Source: Macrostomum lignano (taxonomy: Eukaryota). From it: a DNA stretch of 64,000 nt. The notes beneath the pieces were generated by a model that ran no database searches, had not been told where the DNA came from, and was given only the letters and a program-made list of their open reading frames with translations. The stretch covers positions 1-64,000 of the forward strand of contig NIVC01002605.1 of assembly GCA_002269645.1 (NCBI GenBank), read 5' to 3'. Of the stretch, positions 39,515 to 50,200 are shown one piece after another. Position 1 is the stretch's first letter; each line of letters begins with the position of its first letter. A program made the position numbers and the translations under genes.

Positions 39515-41674
39515 ATGGACCAGCAACAGCAGCAGCAGCAGCAGCAGGAATGGCCGCAACTGTTGGACAACTGCTGTAACGACGGGTCTTTTCCATTGTC
39601 TGCAGGGATGTTTGCAGGCGTTGACACAAGGGAAGACAGTTCGACAACTGCAAACTTCCCGCAGCAGCAGCAACAACAACCGGATCCGACCTCGGGATCA
39701 ACAAGACGTCGACGACGAACGACCTTCAGCCATCAGCAGAAGCGAGTGCTTCGCGACGCCTTCTTCAATTGCAATCGCTACCCACCGCAGGCGGTCGTGC
39801 AAGACCTGTCAATGCGATTGGAACTGGACTGCAAGATTATTGAGACCTGGTTCCAGAATTACCGGTTGGTATTGAAAATTTTTACATAAACGAGTCCGCA
39901 CGCTTGTATAAGGATGCCGAACACAAAGGTCTTATAGACTCGCGCCCGATAAAATGAATGTCCTAGTCAGGGGCGTCGCCACCGGGGGGGGGGGACGTGT
40001 CCCCCCCGGTGGGACACGCCAACGCTTTGTTTCCCCCCCCCCACCCCACCTTGTTACCCGTTTTGGAAATCAATAATTTTGCTTCAGGGCAACCAAAAAA
40101 TAGCGCCTGCGGCGCCAAAATGAGTGCCTGCCAAAGCCAAGAATTTTTGGCTTTGCCCCCCCCCCGCCATAAAATCCATGGCGACACCCCTAATCCTAAT
40201 AAGTAGAGTTATATTTCTCATGAATTACCCATTAGAAGGCAAACTCAACGGACTTATAGGTCATAGGTCAATAAAGTGTGTTTACCATACGTTCCGCATG
40301 CAACTTGCAGTAGCAAAAACCGTCAAATCTGCATGCAGGTCGAAGATGAAGCGAGAAAATCCCGAGGAGCATCGCCACTGGGTGGAGACGTCTCTGCGTC
40401 GGGTGTGCGGAGTGCAGCAGCTCGAGCCGACGCCGCCGCCGCCACCGCAGCAGCAGCCGCCACCCAGCCCGCCAAAGCGAAAAAAGTCGAGCAGTTCAAC
40501 CGACAATGGCGTGACAATGACTATGATGACGGCTCAGCCATCTTTGCCAAAGATACAGAAGCAGCAGCAGCAGCAAGTGGAAATGACAGCTGAGTTAGCC
40601 GTGGCTCCAGTAGAGTCTGCCGCTACAGGCAGTTACACCTGCGACTGCTGCTGCTGCAGTGGCACTTGCTGGAGAAGCTCAATGGCCCCAGGAGCTTTTG
40701 GTGAGAAAATTCATGGATCTCAAACTGTCAATCTCTCTAATGAGAACATTATATTCCTAAATACGCAACTGAAGCTCTCTACCATACGGTCGCTATATAA
40801 ATGGAAAATCGGTTTAATCTAATGAAAGCTGATTTAGGAAATATTTGTTCTTTGCATGCAGAATTGGAGTGATTCAACACCCGATTTTTAGTACGGAGTC
40901 ACATCACTAGCTCGAAAAATCACATCGTCGAAAAGCAGCCACCACCATCACAAGCTCGAAAAGGGTTCGGGGTTCGAGCTTGTGATGGTGGCTGCTAAAC
41001 TTTTCGACGCTGTGATTTTTCGAGCTTATGATGTCGTTAGTACATACAGTTTGCCTTCCTTATGTCCCAACGTAGAGTACGACGCGAAGCATGAAAAAAT
41101 GAAATTTGATACCGGGAACCCTTCAGGTGAAGGCTTATGATTCCGAAATACCATCCGAAATACCAACTACGAGATGTGCAACCGACAGCTCAGCCGCAGC
41201 TATTTCTTGGTTGCCACACACACCCTCAATTACCCCAGCTAATGATGGCACCCATTTTACAGCTGGGTGAACTGAAGCAATGCAGAGTTGAGTGTCTTGC
41301 TCAAGGACAAAAATTGTTACAGTGGGATCGGGAATCGAACCTTCCCACCTTTAAGTCGTGAGCCCGACTCTCTAATAACTAGGCTACACCCTATAGAAAG
41401 TCTTTTTCTAACTCCTGAAGCACTCGAAAATCAAACCCGACATCCAGAGGCCACCGGAGTCGGAGACTGGAATTGGAACTCAACGTCATCAAACGGTACA
41501 GCGCGGACAGAAACTCATGCGGTGAACTGCTGCGATTGCCGCTGGTGCTCAGAGGCTGTGGGGCTAGCGCCAAACTCTGCCGGGACGTACCAGCTGCAGC
41601 ATCAGCAGCCGATGGAGTACGGACAGGCTCATGCTGCTTCATCATTCCATACCGGATGGAATTCGAGCGGTTGA
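39515..41674 (+). CDS. Divergent homeobox protein (Q50, paired-like-type features), 3 exons
   Basis: Exons 39515-39864, 40339-40700, 41421-41674 with GT-AG sites in phase. Splicing rebuilds RRRRRTTFSHQQKRVLRDAFFNCNRYPPQAVVQDLSMRLELDCKIIETWFQNYR|SKMKRE. Confidence 0.85.
39968..40192. mobile_element. hAT-like MITE in homeobox intron 1
   Basis: TIR CAGGGGCGTCGCCA...TGGCGACACCCCTA. Flanking 8-mers gtcctagt/atcctaat match 6/8, consistent with a decayed 8-bp TSD. Confidence 0.65.
40901..41034. repeat. About 60-bp-stem palindrome
   Basis: acatcactagctcgaaaaatcacatcgtcgaaaagcagccaccaccatcacaagctcgaa, a loop of about 12 nt, then its inverse. Confidence 0.8.
41110..41391 (-). mobile_element. tRNA-derived SINE with CORE/MIR-like central domain in homeobox intron 2
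   Basis: Minus strand: TAGCCTAGTT (A box), GGTTCGATTCCC (B box), then TGTCCTTGAGCAAGACACTCAAC...CAGCTGTAAAATGGG, which resembles the MIR CORE. Confidence 0.7.
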
Positions 41675-41847
41675 AACGTTGAATTAAACTTACATGTCTG
41701 TCTGCATGGTAACAGACTTGATCTTTATTTATTTATCGAATGTTAGCGAAGTTTCCTAAACTGGTGGAACTCAAGTAAGAAAGTTCTATCTTTATATAAA
41801 CGCAATTAGTGGTTAGCAACCGTGAACTGAGCAGCATAAAAATACTC

Positions 41848-41853
41848 AATAAA
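41848..41853 (+). terminator. Candidate polyadenylation signal of the homeobox gene
   Basis: AATAAA about 175 nt after the stop codon. Confidence 0.4.
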
Positions 41854-42029
41854 ATTTGGTTTAGATTGAGTTTTTAAACAGCTATGTAAACTTTCATACA
41901 ATTAAATGTACCTGCTATTTACCACATGAATTCTTTTTTTTAGCTTCTTTGTGGTGCGGATATCTTATTTTGTTTTATTTGATTTGCAATTGCTGATTCA
42001 ACCTGTTGTCAGGACTTTAGAAGCTTCTG

Positions 42030-42240
42030 AGCAGTCTGAGTAGCTAGTGGGTCTCTGAGCAGTCAGAGTTGAGTCTATGAACAGTCTGAGTAGCTAGTGG
42101 GTCTCTGAGCAGTCAGAGTTGAGTCTATGAACAGTCTGAGTAGCTAGTGGGTCTCTGAGCAGTCAGAGTTGAGTCTATGAACAGTCTGAGTAGCTAGTGG
42201 GTCTCTGAGCAGTCAGAGTTGGCTCTATGAACAGTCTAAT
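42030..42240. repeat. 50-bp unit, about 4 copies
   Basis: agtcagagttgagtctatgaacagtctgagtagctagtgggtctctgagc. Confidence 0.9.
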
Positions 42241-42569
42241 TAAAAAAGTAAACTGAATTAAAGTTATTCAGTCCAATTAAAGTAAATTTATAATACAATA
42301 CTGTATTAAGACCTGTGTAAATTTAGTAATTAAAAGTTGATATTTACAGACGGATAGATGTCAAGTGCATACATGTAATACACACAAAATTACGAGATTA
42401 CACACAAGAAAACTGTCGAAAATAGTTCATGAGAACAGCAAAATATTTGAAACTTGGAATAATCTTTAAAAAACGATCAGTGGCATCTGCTGTTCACAGC
42501 TAATGAAGCATAGTAAAACTTGTATACAAGTACAAGTGAGTAATCAACAGACCACTATAATGCGCTCGC

Positions 42570-42950
42570 AACTAGCTAGATGGGCCACTCAGCAAAGTTT
42601 AGCGTGTAGCCTACTTTCAGTCTAGTAGTAAGTTAAATAGAAGCATTATGTTCTAGGTCAACCTCAGCAGAACCCACCAACCGCGTCCTTTCACCCTAAA
42701 AACCCACCCGCTACCCCCCCCCCCAATTTTTATGCCTTCCTCGGTGCCTAAAGCTGCCTGCCATGTATATTTCAGTGGCGCTGGCCTAATAATGTACGTC
42801 ACATTACGGCTGCACCCAATAGCAATAAGCTGTTTACGCCTGCAAGTCACTCTAATTTTCTTCCTTTTTACTCGGATAAAATAGTTTACGCATTTTTTCT
42901 TACTACTGATATAAAAGTAGAAGAGAACTAGATTTAATAACCAAGCAAAA
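42570..42950. mobile_element. Older inverted copy of the same MITE, abutting the 42967 copy
   Basis: Begins ctagatgggccactcagcaaagtttagcgtgtagc, the reverse complement of the right end of the neighbouring copy. Confidence 0.7.
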
Positions 42951-42966
42951 TATATTTAGGCAAGCC

Positions 42967-43421
42967 CGCAGAAACTAAAATAACTAGATGGGCCACTTAG
43001 GCATTTATACTTAGTAAAACAGCTTTCTACTTCAGTTCAGTAGCAAAGAATACATAAGCTATTTTATAAAAAAAGGCAACTGAAATGACTGATAATTGTT
43101 TACGAGTAGAAGCCCAAGCTTGCAGGCGTAAACAACTTGCTAATTGGTTCAGCAATAATGTACATTAGCCACTGAAATGTACATGGCAGCTTTGAGCTGG
43201 AATTCCGAGAAAGGCAATAAAAATAATTGGGGTGGGGCGGGGGGTATAGTGGAAAAGACGTTGCTTGGAGATGTTTAAGGCTGGGGGATAAGAGCCAATA
43301 AATGAGCCCTGGCTTTAAAAATAAATGGTATATATTTGCTTCTGTTTAACTTACTACTGAACTGGAAGTAGCTTACACGCAAATGTGCTGAGTGGCCCAT
43401 CTAGTTATTCCAGTAATTGTG
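42967..43421. mobile_element. Second copy of the P-like MITE family
   Basis: Colinear with 60878-61325 (AACTAGATGGGCCAC...GTGGCCCATCTAGTT), with more eroded ends. Confidence 0.8.
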
Positions 43422-43473
43422 AGTAAAGCCTAAAACGATAGTGAACCTGGATACAGAGTAGAATTTTTTGCTC

Positions 43474-45750
43474 CTAGTAATCAGTAATTTTTGAAAATTC
43501 TGAGCCCATATTGATTTCACAGTTTCTAATTAGTCGGCTTCTACTTATGCTACCATTAGTAGTACTAGTGGTAGTTGATGCAAGGTTGCCCCCTAAGGAT
43601 TGGCCGGATCCGCTGAATGCAACAAATCCTTTGGAGAGCTGTTGCTGTTGCTGCTTCTGCTCCGCGTCAGTGGCGGCAGCAGGAGCAAGTAAACGACGAT
43701 GCTGCGGGTAGTTCAGTGTGCCCCAGTTGTAATTAAAGTTAGGACGGCCGCGCTCATGAACAGCTGTGGCGCCTGTTGCTGTACTGCCGTCGCGTCTGAT
43801 ATCCACTGTGGAAACCGTGGAACCCGAGATTGAGCCTTCCGAATGTTCTGTCCCCTGTTCGGCATTCACTAGGCTCTCGACCTCATCGGAGGACTCATCT
43901 GAAGGCGTTCTAGAGACGTCAAATTCAACCGCCAGATCGCAGTCAACGATGCAGACAGAGGAAGCCGGGCGAACATCGACAACGCTGAGACGGTAGCGTC
44001 GGCCGTTCAGCTTCAAGTCGATCTCGTCACCAATGCTGAGGCAGATGAAATCGCGAAGGCGATTCTCCAGAACAGCCTGGTTGGAGTGATAATCATGGGG
44101 AGGAGGGGCGGATTGGAGTGATAATCATGGGGAGGAGGGGCGGATTGGAGTGATAATCATGGGGAGGAGGGGCGGATTGGAGTGATAATCATGGGGAGGA
44201 GGGGCGGATTGGAGTGATAATCATGGGGAGGAGGGGCGGATTGGAGTGATAATCATGGGGAGGAGGGGCGGATTGGAGTGATAATTATGGGGAGGAGGGG
44301 CGGATTGGAGTGATAATTATGGGGAGGAGGGGTGGATTGGAGTGATAATTATGGGGAGGAGGGGCGGATTGGAGTGATAATTATGGGGAGGAGGGGCGGA
44401 TTGGAGTGATAATTATGGGGAGGAGGGTCGGATTGGAGTGATAATTATGGGGAGGAGGGGCGGATTGGAGTGATAATCATGTGTAGGAGGGGCGGATTGT
44501 AGTGATAATTATGTGTAGGAGGGGCGGATTGGAGTGATAATCATGTGGAGGAGGGGCAGATTGGAGTGATAATTATGGGGAGGAGGGGCGGATTGGAGTG
44601 ATAATTATGTGTAGGAGGGGCGGATTGTAGTGATAATTATGTGTAGGAGGGGCGGATTGGAGTGATAATCATGTGGAGGAGGGGCAGATTGGAGTGATAA
44701 TCATGGGGAGGAGGGGCGGATTGGAGTGATAATTATGGGGAGGAGGGGCGGATTGGAGTGATAATTATGTGTAGGAGGGGCGGATTGGAGTGATAATTAT
44801 GTGTAGGAGGGGCGGATTGGAGTGATAATTATGGGGAGGAGGGGCGGATTGGAGTGATAATTATGGGGAGGAGGGGCGGATTGGAGTGATAATTATGGGG
44901 AGGAGGGGCGGATTGGAGTGATAATTATGGGGAGGAGGGGCGGATTGGAGTGATAATTATGGGAGGAGGGGCGGATTGGAGTGATAATTATGGGGAGGAG
45001 GGGCGGATTGGAGTGATAATTATGGGGAGGAGGGGCGGATTGGAGTGATAATTATGGGGAGGAGGGGCGGATTGGAGTGATAATTATGGGGAGGAGGGGC
45101 GGATTGGAGTGATAATCATGGGGAGGAGGGGCGGATTGGAGTGATAATTATGGGGAGGAGGGGCGGATTGGAGTGATAATTATGGGGAGGAGGGGCGGAT
45201 TGGAGTGATAATTATGGGCAGGAGGGACGGATGGGGTGATAATCATGGACCAGCCCATGCGCCAATCCAATACAATATGCACCTTTGGATCGTCAACTTC
45301 GGCAAGAAAGTCTCCAAATTCTGGCCGACCACTCCAAGGCCTCAGCCGGGCAAAAGTACCCAGCGGCGGGCGCCGGTCTGGCGGCAGAGCGGACACCTGT
45401 ACAATGCTGCCCTCGCCGCTGCCGCCGCTGCTATCATGAAGTCCCAGCCGACGCAACAGCCAGTCCGGCACGAGTACGACGCCCTCCGGAGCCGTGAACT
45501 CGTGCACCCCGACCAGAGCCGAGTGGCCATTGTAGCTTACATTGAAAATCATTGGCCCGCTGCCACTAGCCGAAGCCACTGACATGTCGCGCAGGGCCGA
45601 CTGTGGCAGCAGAACGTGGCCACCTTGGCGCAGAGTGTCCCTAGCTTGATCGGAGCCTTCGTGCATGTCGAAGGAGTAGCAGCGATAGCTGTTGGAGAAG
45701 TCCTCAACTGGCGGTGCTTCACCAAATAGATGGCTAAACACAGTGTTCAT
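43474..45750 (-). CDS. UFD1: UFD1-like ubiquitin fusion degradation protein (divergent), 2 exons
   Basis: Exons 45750-45283 and 44076-43474, phase 0, gccgccATG start. UFD1 N-domain motifs: YRCYS, GGHVLLPQSAL, HEFTAPEGVVLVPDW, DPK|AVLENRLRDFICLSIGD, IVDCDLAVEFD. Also NFNYNWGTLNY and an SHP-box-like FVAFSGSGQSLGG. Confidence 0.85.
44080..45230. repeat. G-rich minisatellite, 32-bp unit, filling the UFD1-like intron
   Basis: ggattggagtgataat(c/t)atggggaggaggggc. Confidence 0.95.
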
Positions 45751-47252
45751 GGCGGCCTCTCAAATGAAATAGTAATACTGTATTTATTTTGCCTCTTCTG
45801 TTGGCAGCCCCAACTGGGCGCCAGGTTGTTGTTGACTGCTCACTCTTTATGATTAGTTTCTGGGCCAGCTTTAACTCTGGACTAATAAATTAAGCATGAA
45901 TAGAATCATTGGACTCATAATTAATAAAAATGACAGAAGTCCCTAAGAATTTGAAAACGAAATATTAAGATTTTCAACCCTTATGCTAAAAATAAAATGA
46001 TTAATTTACATCGATTTTGACAAATTATTTGTTGATAGGGCTAGTTAAATTGAATTATAATAAAGAATCGAATTGCCTAAAAGAGCACATTTAATTTTTA
46101 ATAGAGATATATTCGAGCATTTTGGATAGATATCACAGTTGAGATTTGATTTAAACTTTAAAGGATAATAGGAAAAAGCAAAATATAACATAAGAAACTT
46201 GCATAATATGAATCATAATATAATGATGTTTAAGCAGAAAAGACTAATCCTTTTAAATCTTGATGATTCGAATTATTCTGTAATTAAGTCAGATAAGCAC
46301 GAGTCAAGGTCATAAAAAATCTTGCACGAGTTAGGATTTACTCTTAGTCTTAGTCAATAGCAAGTAAAAAGCTTTGATTTATATAAATCTAGTCAGTTGA
46401 ATAATATTTCAATGAATAATATAGTATAGTGTAGGGCATAGTTACTTTGAATTTTTAACAATAAAAATATTACTTGATGATTTTTACTAATAGATTAGAT
46501 CATTTTATGGATTGCTTAGTCTTACTCTTAATCTTATAGAGTTATACTAAATGTATAGTAGTAAGGAAAGTATTAGCATAAGGCGTTAAACCCAAGGGGT
46601 TATCTAAAAACGAAAACGAAAGTAAAACGTCTACAACACACGAATGAGCGGAATCTGTAAGTCAAAAGTTGCTTATGTAAGTCTCAGTGGCTCTTCGTAC
46701 TGAAATAAGGCACTAACTAAATCACAGGCTTAAAAATCGGTGAGCTCAATATGCCACGAAACAAGGAACAAAAAATCGCGGACTTTTTTGTCATCGTGCT
46801 AAAACATAAAAACAAAACTTTCTTACTTATACTATAAGATTGTAAGTATAACATATTAAGTTAAAAATTTAGTTGTTCAGTTCTTTATTATGAAAAAATT
46901 GAGCATTATTTCTTCTAATGTTGCTACAAAACGAGTAGGCTTATAGTTTAAATAAGTATGTTCTGCCATTTTTTCTGCACGCTGCTGCTGCCAGAACCAG
47001 ATCCACATCCAACTCGAACGAACACTAACAACCAACAAATTATTCTGAATATATTAAAGAGTAAACTTTCAGTGCTATTCCATCTATATAGTCTATTTAC
47101 TGCTGGTACAATTTTTACATAAGTTGCCATTGTTTTGATATTGTCTTCTTTCTTGGATCACTTCGTTTATCTTCGTTCGTCTCGAAGTCAAATATACTAG
47201 ATTTGATAAATCATATTTTAGTTTGTTACAGAAATTAGCTTACTCAGCAGAC

Positions 47253-50200
47253 ATGAAAATCAAAGGTAAGAAAAAGCGCAGAACGTATTTGGCCACTTCT
47301 TTTTCATTTTTACTTATTTTGTGTCTCTTTACTTAATTTCGAATTTTATGTTGCTAATATCTAAATAAGTAAAGTTTTTTTTTTTAATTACTATTTTAGG
47401 TGGAGCAGTTGTGGAAATTCAAGGTGATGAAATGACAAGGTAAGTTTAAATTCAAGAAAATGCATTGCAATTTTTCTTAAGTAGTGAATATATTCTCTTC
47501 TTTTATATCCTTTTTATTACTTGCCAATCCATTATATAGCAACTCCCTATGAAATAGTTGCTATCAACAATAACTACCAAATCTATACCTATCTTTATAT
47601 CGTTATTGCCATTGGTAAATTTACTTAAACCTAAGCCTAGTTAGAATTGGAATTAAAACAATATTTTAATGTTTTCTTAAATTTTTTATAACAACTACAT
47701 TTTCTTCAAATTTGATGCTATTTTTAATTTAGGATCATCTGGGATCTCATCAAAGAGAAGCTGATTTTACCATTTGTTGATTTGGATATTCACTTTTTTG
47801 ACCTTGGAATACAGAATCGCGATGCCACCAATGATCAGGGTAAGCTTGATAGTGCACTTGCTCATTAATTGCTCATTAATATTGATTTTTTTACAATGAC
47901 TTTACTTTACTTAAAATGAACCTACACCAACATACTCTTAGTGACTGTGGACTGTGCCTATGCCATCATGCAGCACAATGTTGGCATCAAGTGCGCCACC
48001 ATCACGCCAGACGAGCAGCGGGTGTCCGAGTTTGGCCTGAAGCAGATGTGGCGCAGTCCTAATGGCACCATTCGTAACATCCTAGGCGGTACAGTGTTTC
48101 GCGAAGCCATTATCTGCCGCAATGTGCCCCGCCTAGTGCCTGGCTGGTCCAAGTCGATCGTGATTGGTCGGCACGCCTTCGGCGATCAGTACAAGGCGAC
48201 GGATTTTGTGGTGCCCGGGCCGGGCAAGCTGGAGATCAAATGGACACCGGATGTGCCAGATCAGGCGCCAATCCAGCACCAGGTGTTCCACTTCACCAAC
48301 CCAGGCGTCGCCCTGGCCATGTACAACACTGATGCCAGTATCAAGGACTTCGCTCACAGCTCGTTCCGGCTTGCCCTGGACAAGAAGTGGCCGCTGTACC
48401 TCAGGTATGCAAGGGTTCATGGGCAAGGATATTCGGGTTCATGGGTAGGGATATTCGGGTTCATGAGCAGGGATATTCAGGTTCATGAGCAAGGATATTC
48501 AGGCTTATGGGCAAGGATATTCGGGCTCATGGGCAGGGATATTCGGGTTCATGAGCAGGGATATTCGGGTTCATGAGCAGGGATATTCGGGCTCATGAGC
48601 AGGGATATTCGGGTTCATGGGCAGGGATATTCGGGCTCATGAGCAGGGGATATTTGGGCTCATGGGCAGAGGGATATTTGGGTTCATGAGCAGGGATATT
48701 GGGGTTGTGGGCGAGGATATTGGATATTTTCAGGCACGTGTAATGCAATGACATTGGCAGAGTTTTTTGTTACGAATCTTTTAGAATCTAAAAACTCTAC
48801 AGGGAAGGTTCAGAAGGCATCTGTGACTTTGGAAAATTCTTTCTTAAAAATTTTCAAGATGCCCAGTCGTCACTTGACTATACCCTTATTATGAGTAGTT
48901 GAGATCTCGAGCATCGGTTTTCTGCTAAGCTCTTCTGGTTAGCTATGTAGTTGAATAGGTAGGTGTGGTTGCTTAAGCTCGGGAGCAAAGGGTAAAAAAA
49001 CAAAAATCAAGCTAGAGTTCGGTCCAATGGACACCATACAGACTGTTAATAGCTAGTACAGTACCACGGAACGCTCTCGGACCCTGCCTTTGCCCCCCTT
49101 TTCTTTGATAAGATAAAGGTGGAAACTGTAACATGGTGTTGCGGTATAAACTGTCACATTTCATTCTTTAGGAAAATTACTTGCCAAGATTATTATAGAA
49201 ACTCTTGGGTGGAGTCGCGGGGTAAAGTGGCCACCCAGGGGGGGGGGTTAGCGGAGATTTCCACCAGACTTAACGCGCCTTGAATGCAAAGTCCAAGCAG
49301 ATCTAGTTGCGCGAAATTCGCGTGGCCCAAGTTAGTATTTGCACATGCGCAATGGAATATTGATATGTTACACATCGTAAGATATTGGAAAGTTTTAGAT
49401 ATAATACGCGTATGTCTATTGTTGGGTAATAATTTAGTTTGGTGGATTGCACAGCACGTTTTATAGATCATGGGCCTCATTGAGAAGGTTTTGGGACGTT
49501 GGGGTGTTACTGGAGAGTTCAAGGGACTTTGATGTCATATTAGATATCATATAATGTGATATCATACTGAGGTCAGGGGACTTCAGTGTTATATTAGGGA
49601 GAGGTCAAGGGACCTCCACATCTTTTTGAGGTCAGAGTATCGCGTGTCTTACTAGGAAGGTCAAGGGACCTTTGTGTCTTACTGGGAAGGTCAAGGGACC
49701 TCAGTGTCTTACTGGGGAGGTCAAGGGACCTCTGGGTCTTACTGGGGAAATCATAAGATGCTTAACGAGAAACAAATTGCTCCAACCATTCTAACAGCAC
49801 CAAGAACACCATCTTAAAGAAATACGACGGCCGATTCAAAGACATTTTCCAAGAAGTGTACCAGGCCGAGTACAAGGCTGCATACGAGGCCGCCGGCATC
49901 TGGTACGAGCATCGCCTCATCGACGACATGGTGGCCTACGCCATGAAGTCCGAGGGCGGCTTCGTTTGGGCCTGTAAAAACTACGACGGCGACGTGCAGA
50001 GCGACTCCATCGCGCAGGGCTTCGGCTCCCTGGGCCTGATGACCTCCGTGCTAGTCTGCCCGACGGCAAGACCATCGAGGCCGAGGCTGCCCACGGCACC
50101 GTCACCCGGCACTATCGGATGCACCAGCGCGGCGAGGAGACTTCCACTAATCCCATTGCCAGCATCTTCGCCTGGACTCGGGGCCTGGCGCACCGGGCCA

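Noticed and set aside
46570-46600. Similarity to the T7 terminator (ataaccccttggg on the minus strand)
   Set aside because: Only 13 nt match and the rest of the hairpin is absent, so this is chance.
46842-47252. N-terminal mitochondrial extension (IDH2-type) via the in-frame acceptor at 47230-47231
   Set aside because: The candidate upstream exon ending at 46841 has an in-frame TAA and no ATG. The protein has the IDH1-type REAII and a PTS1-like end.
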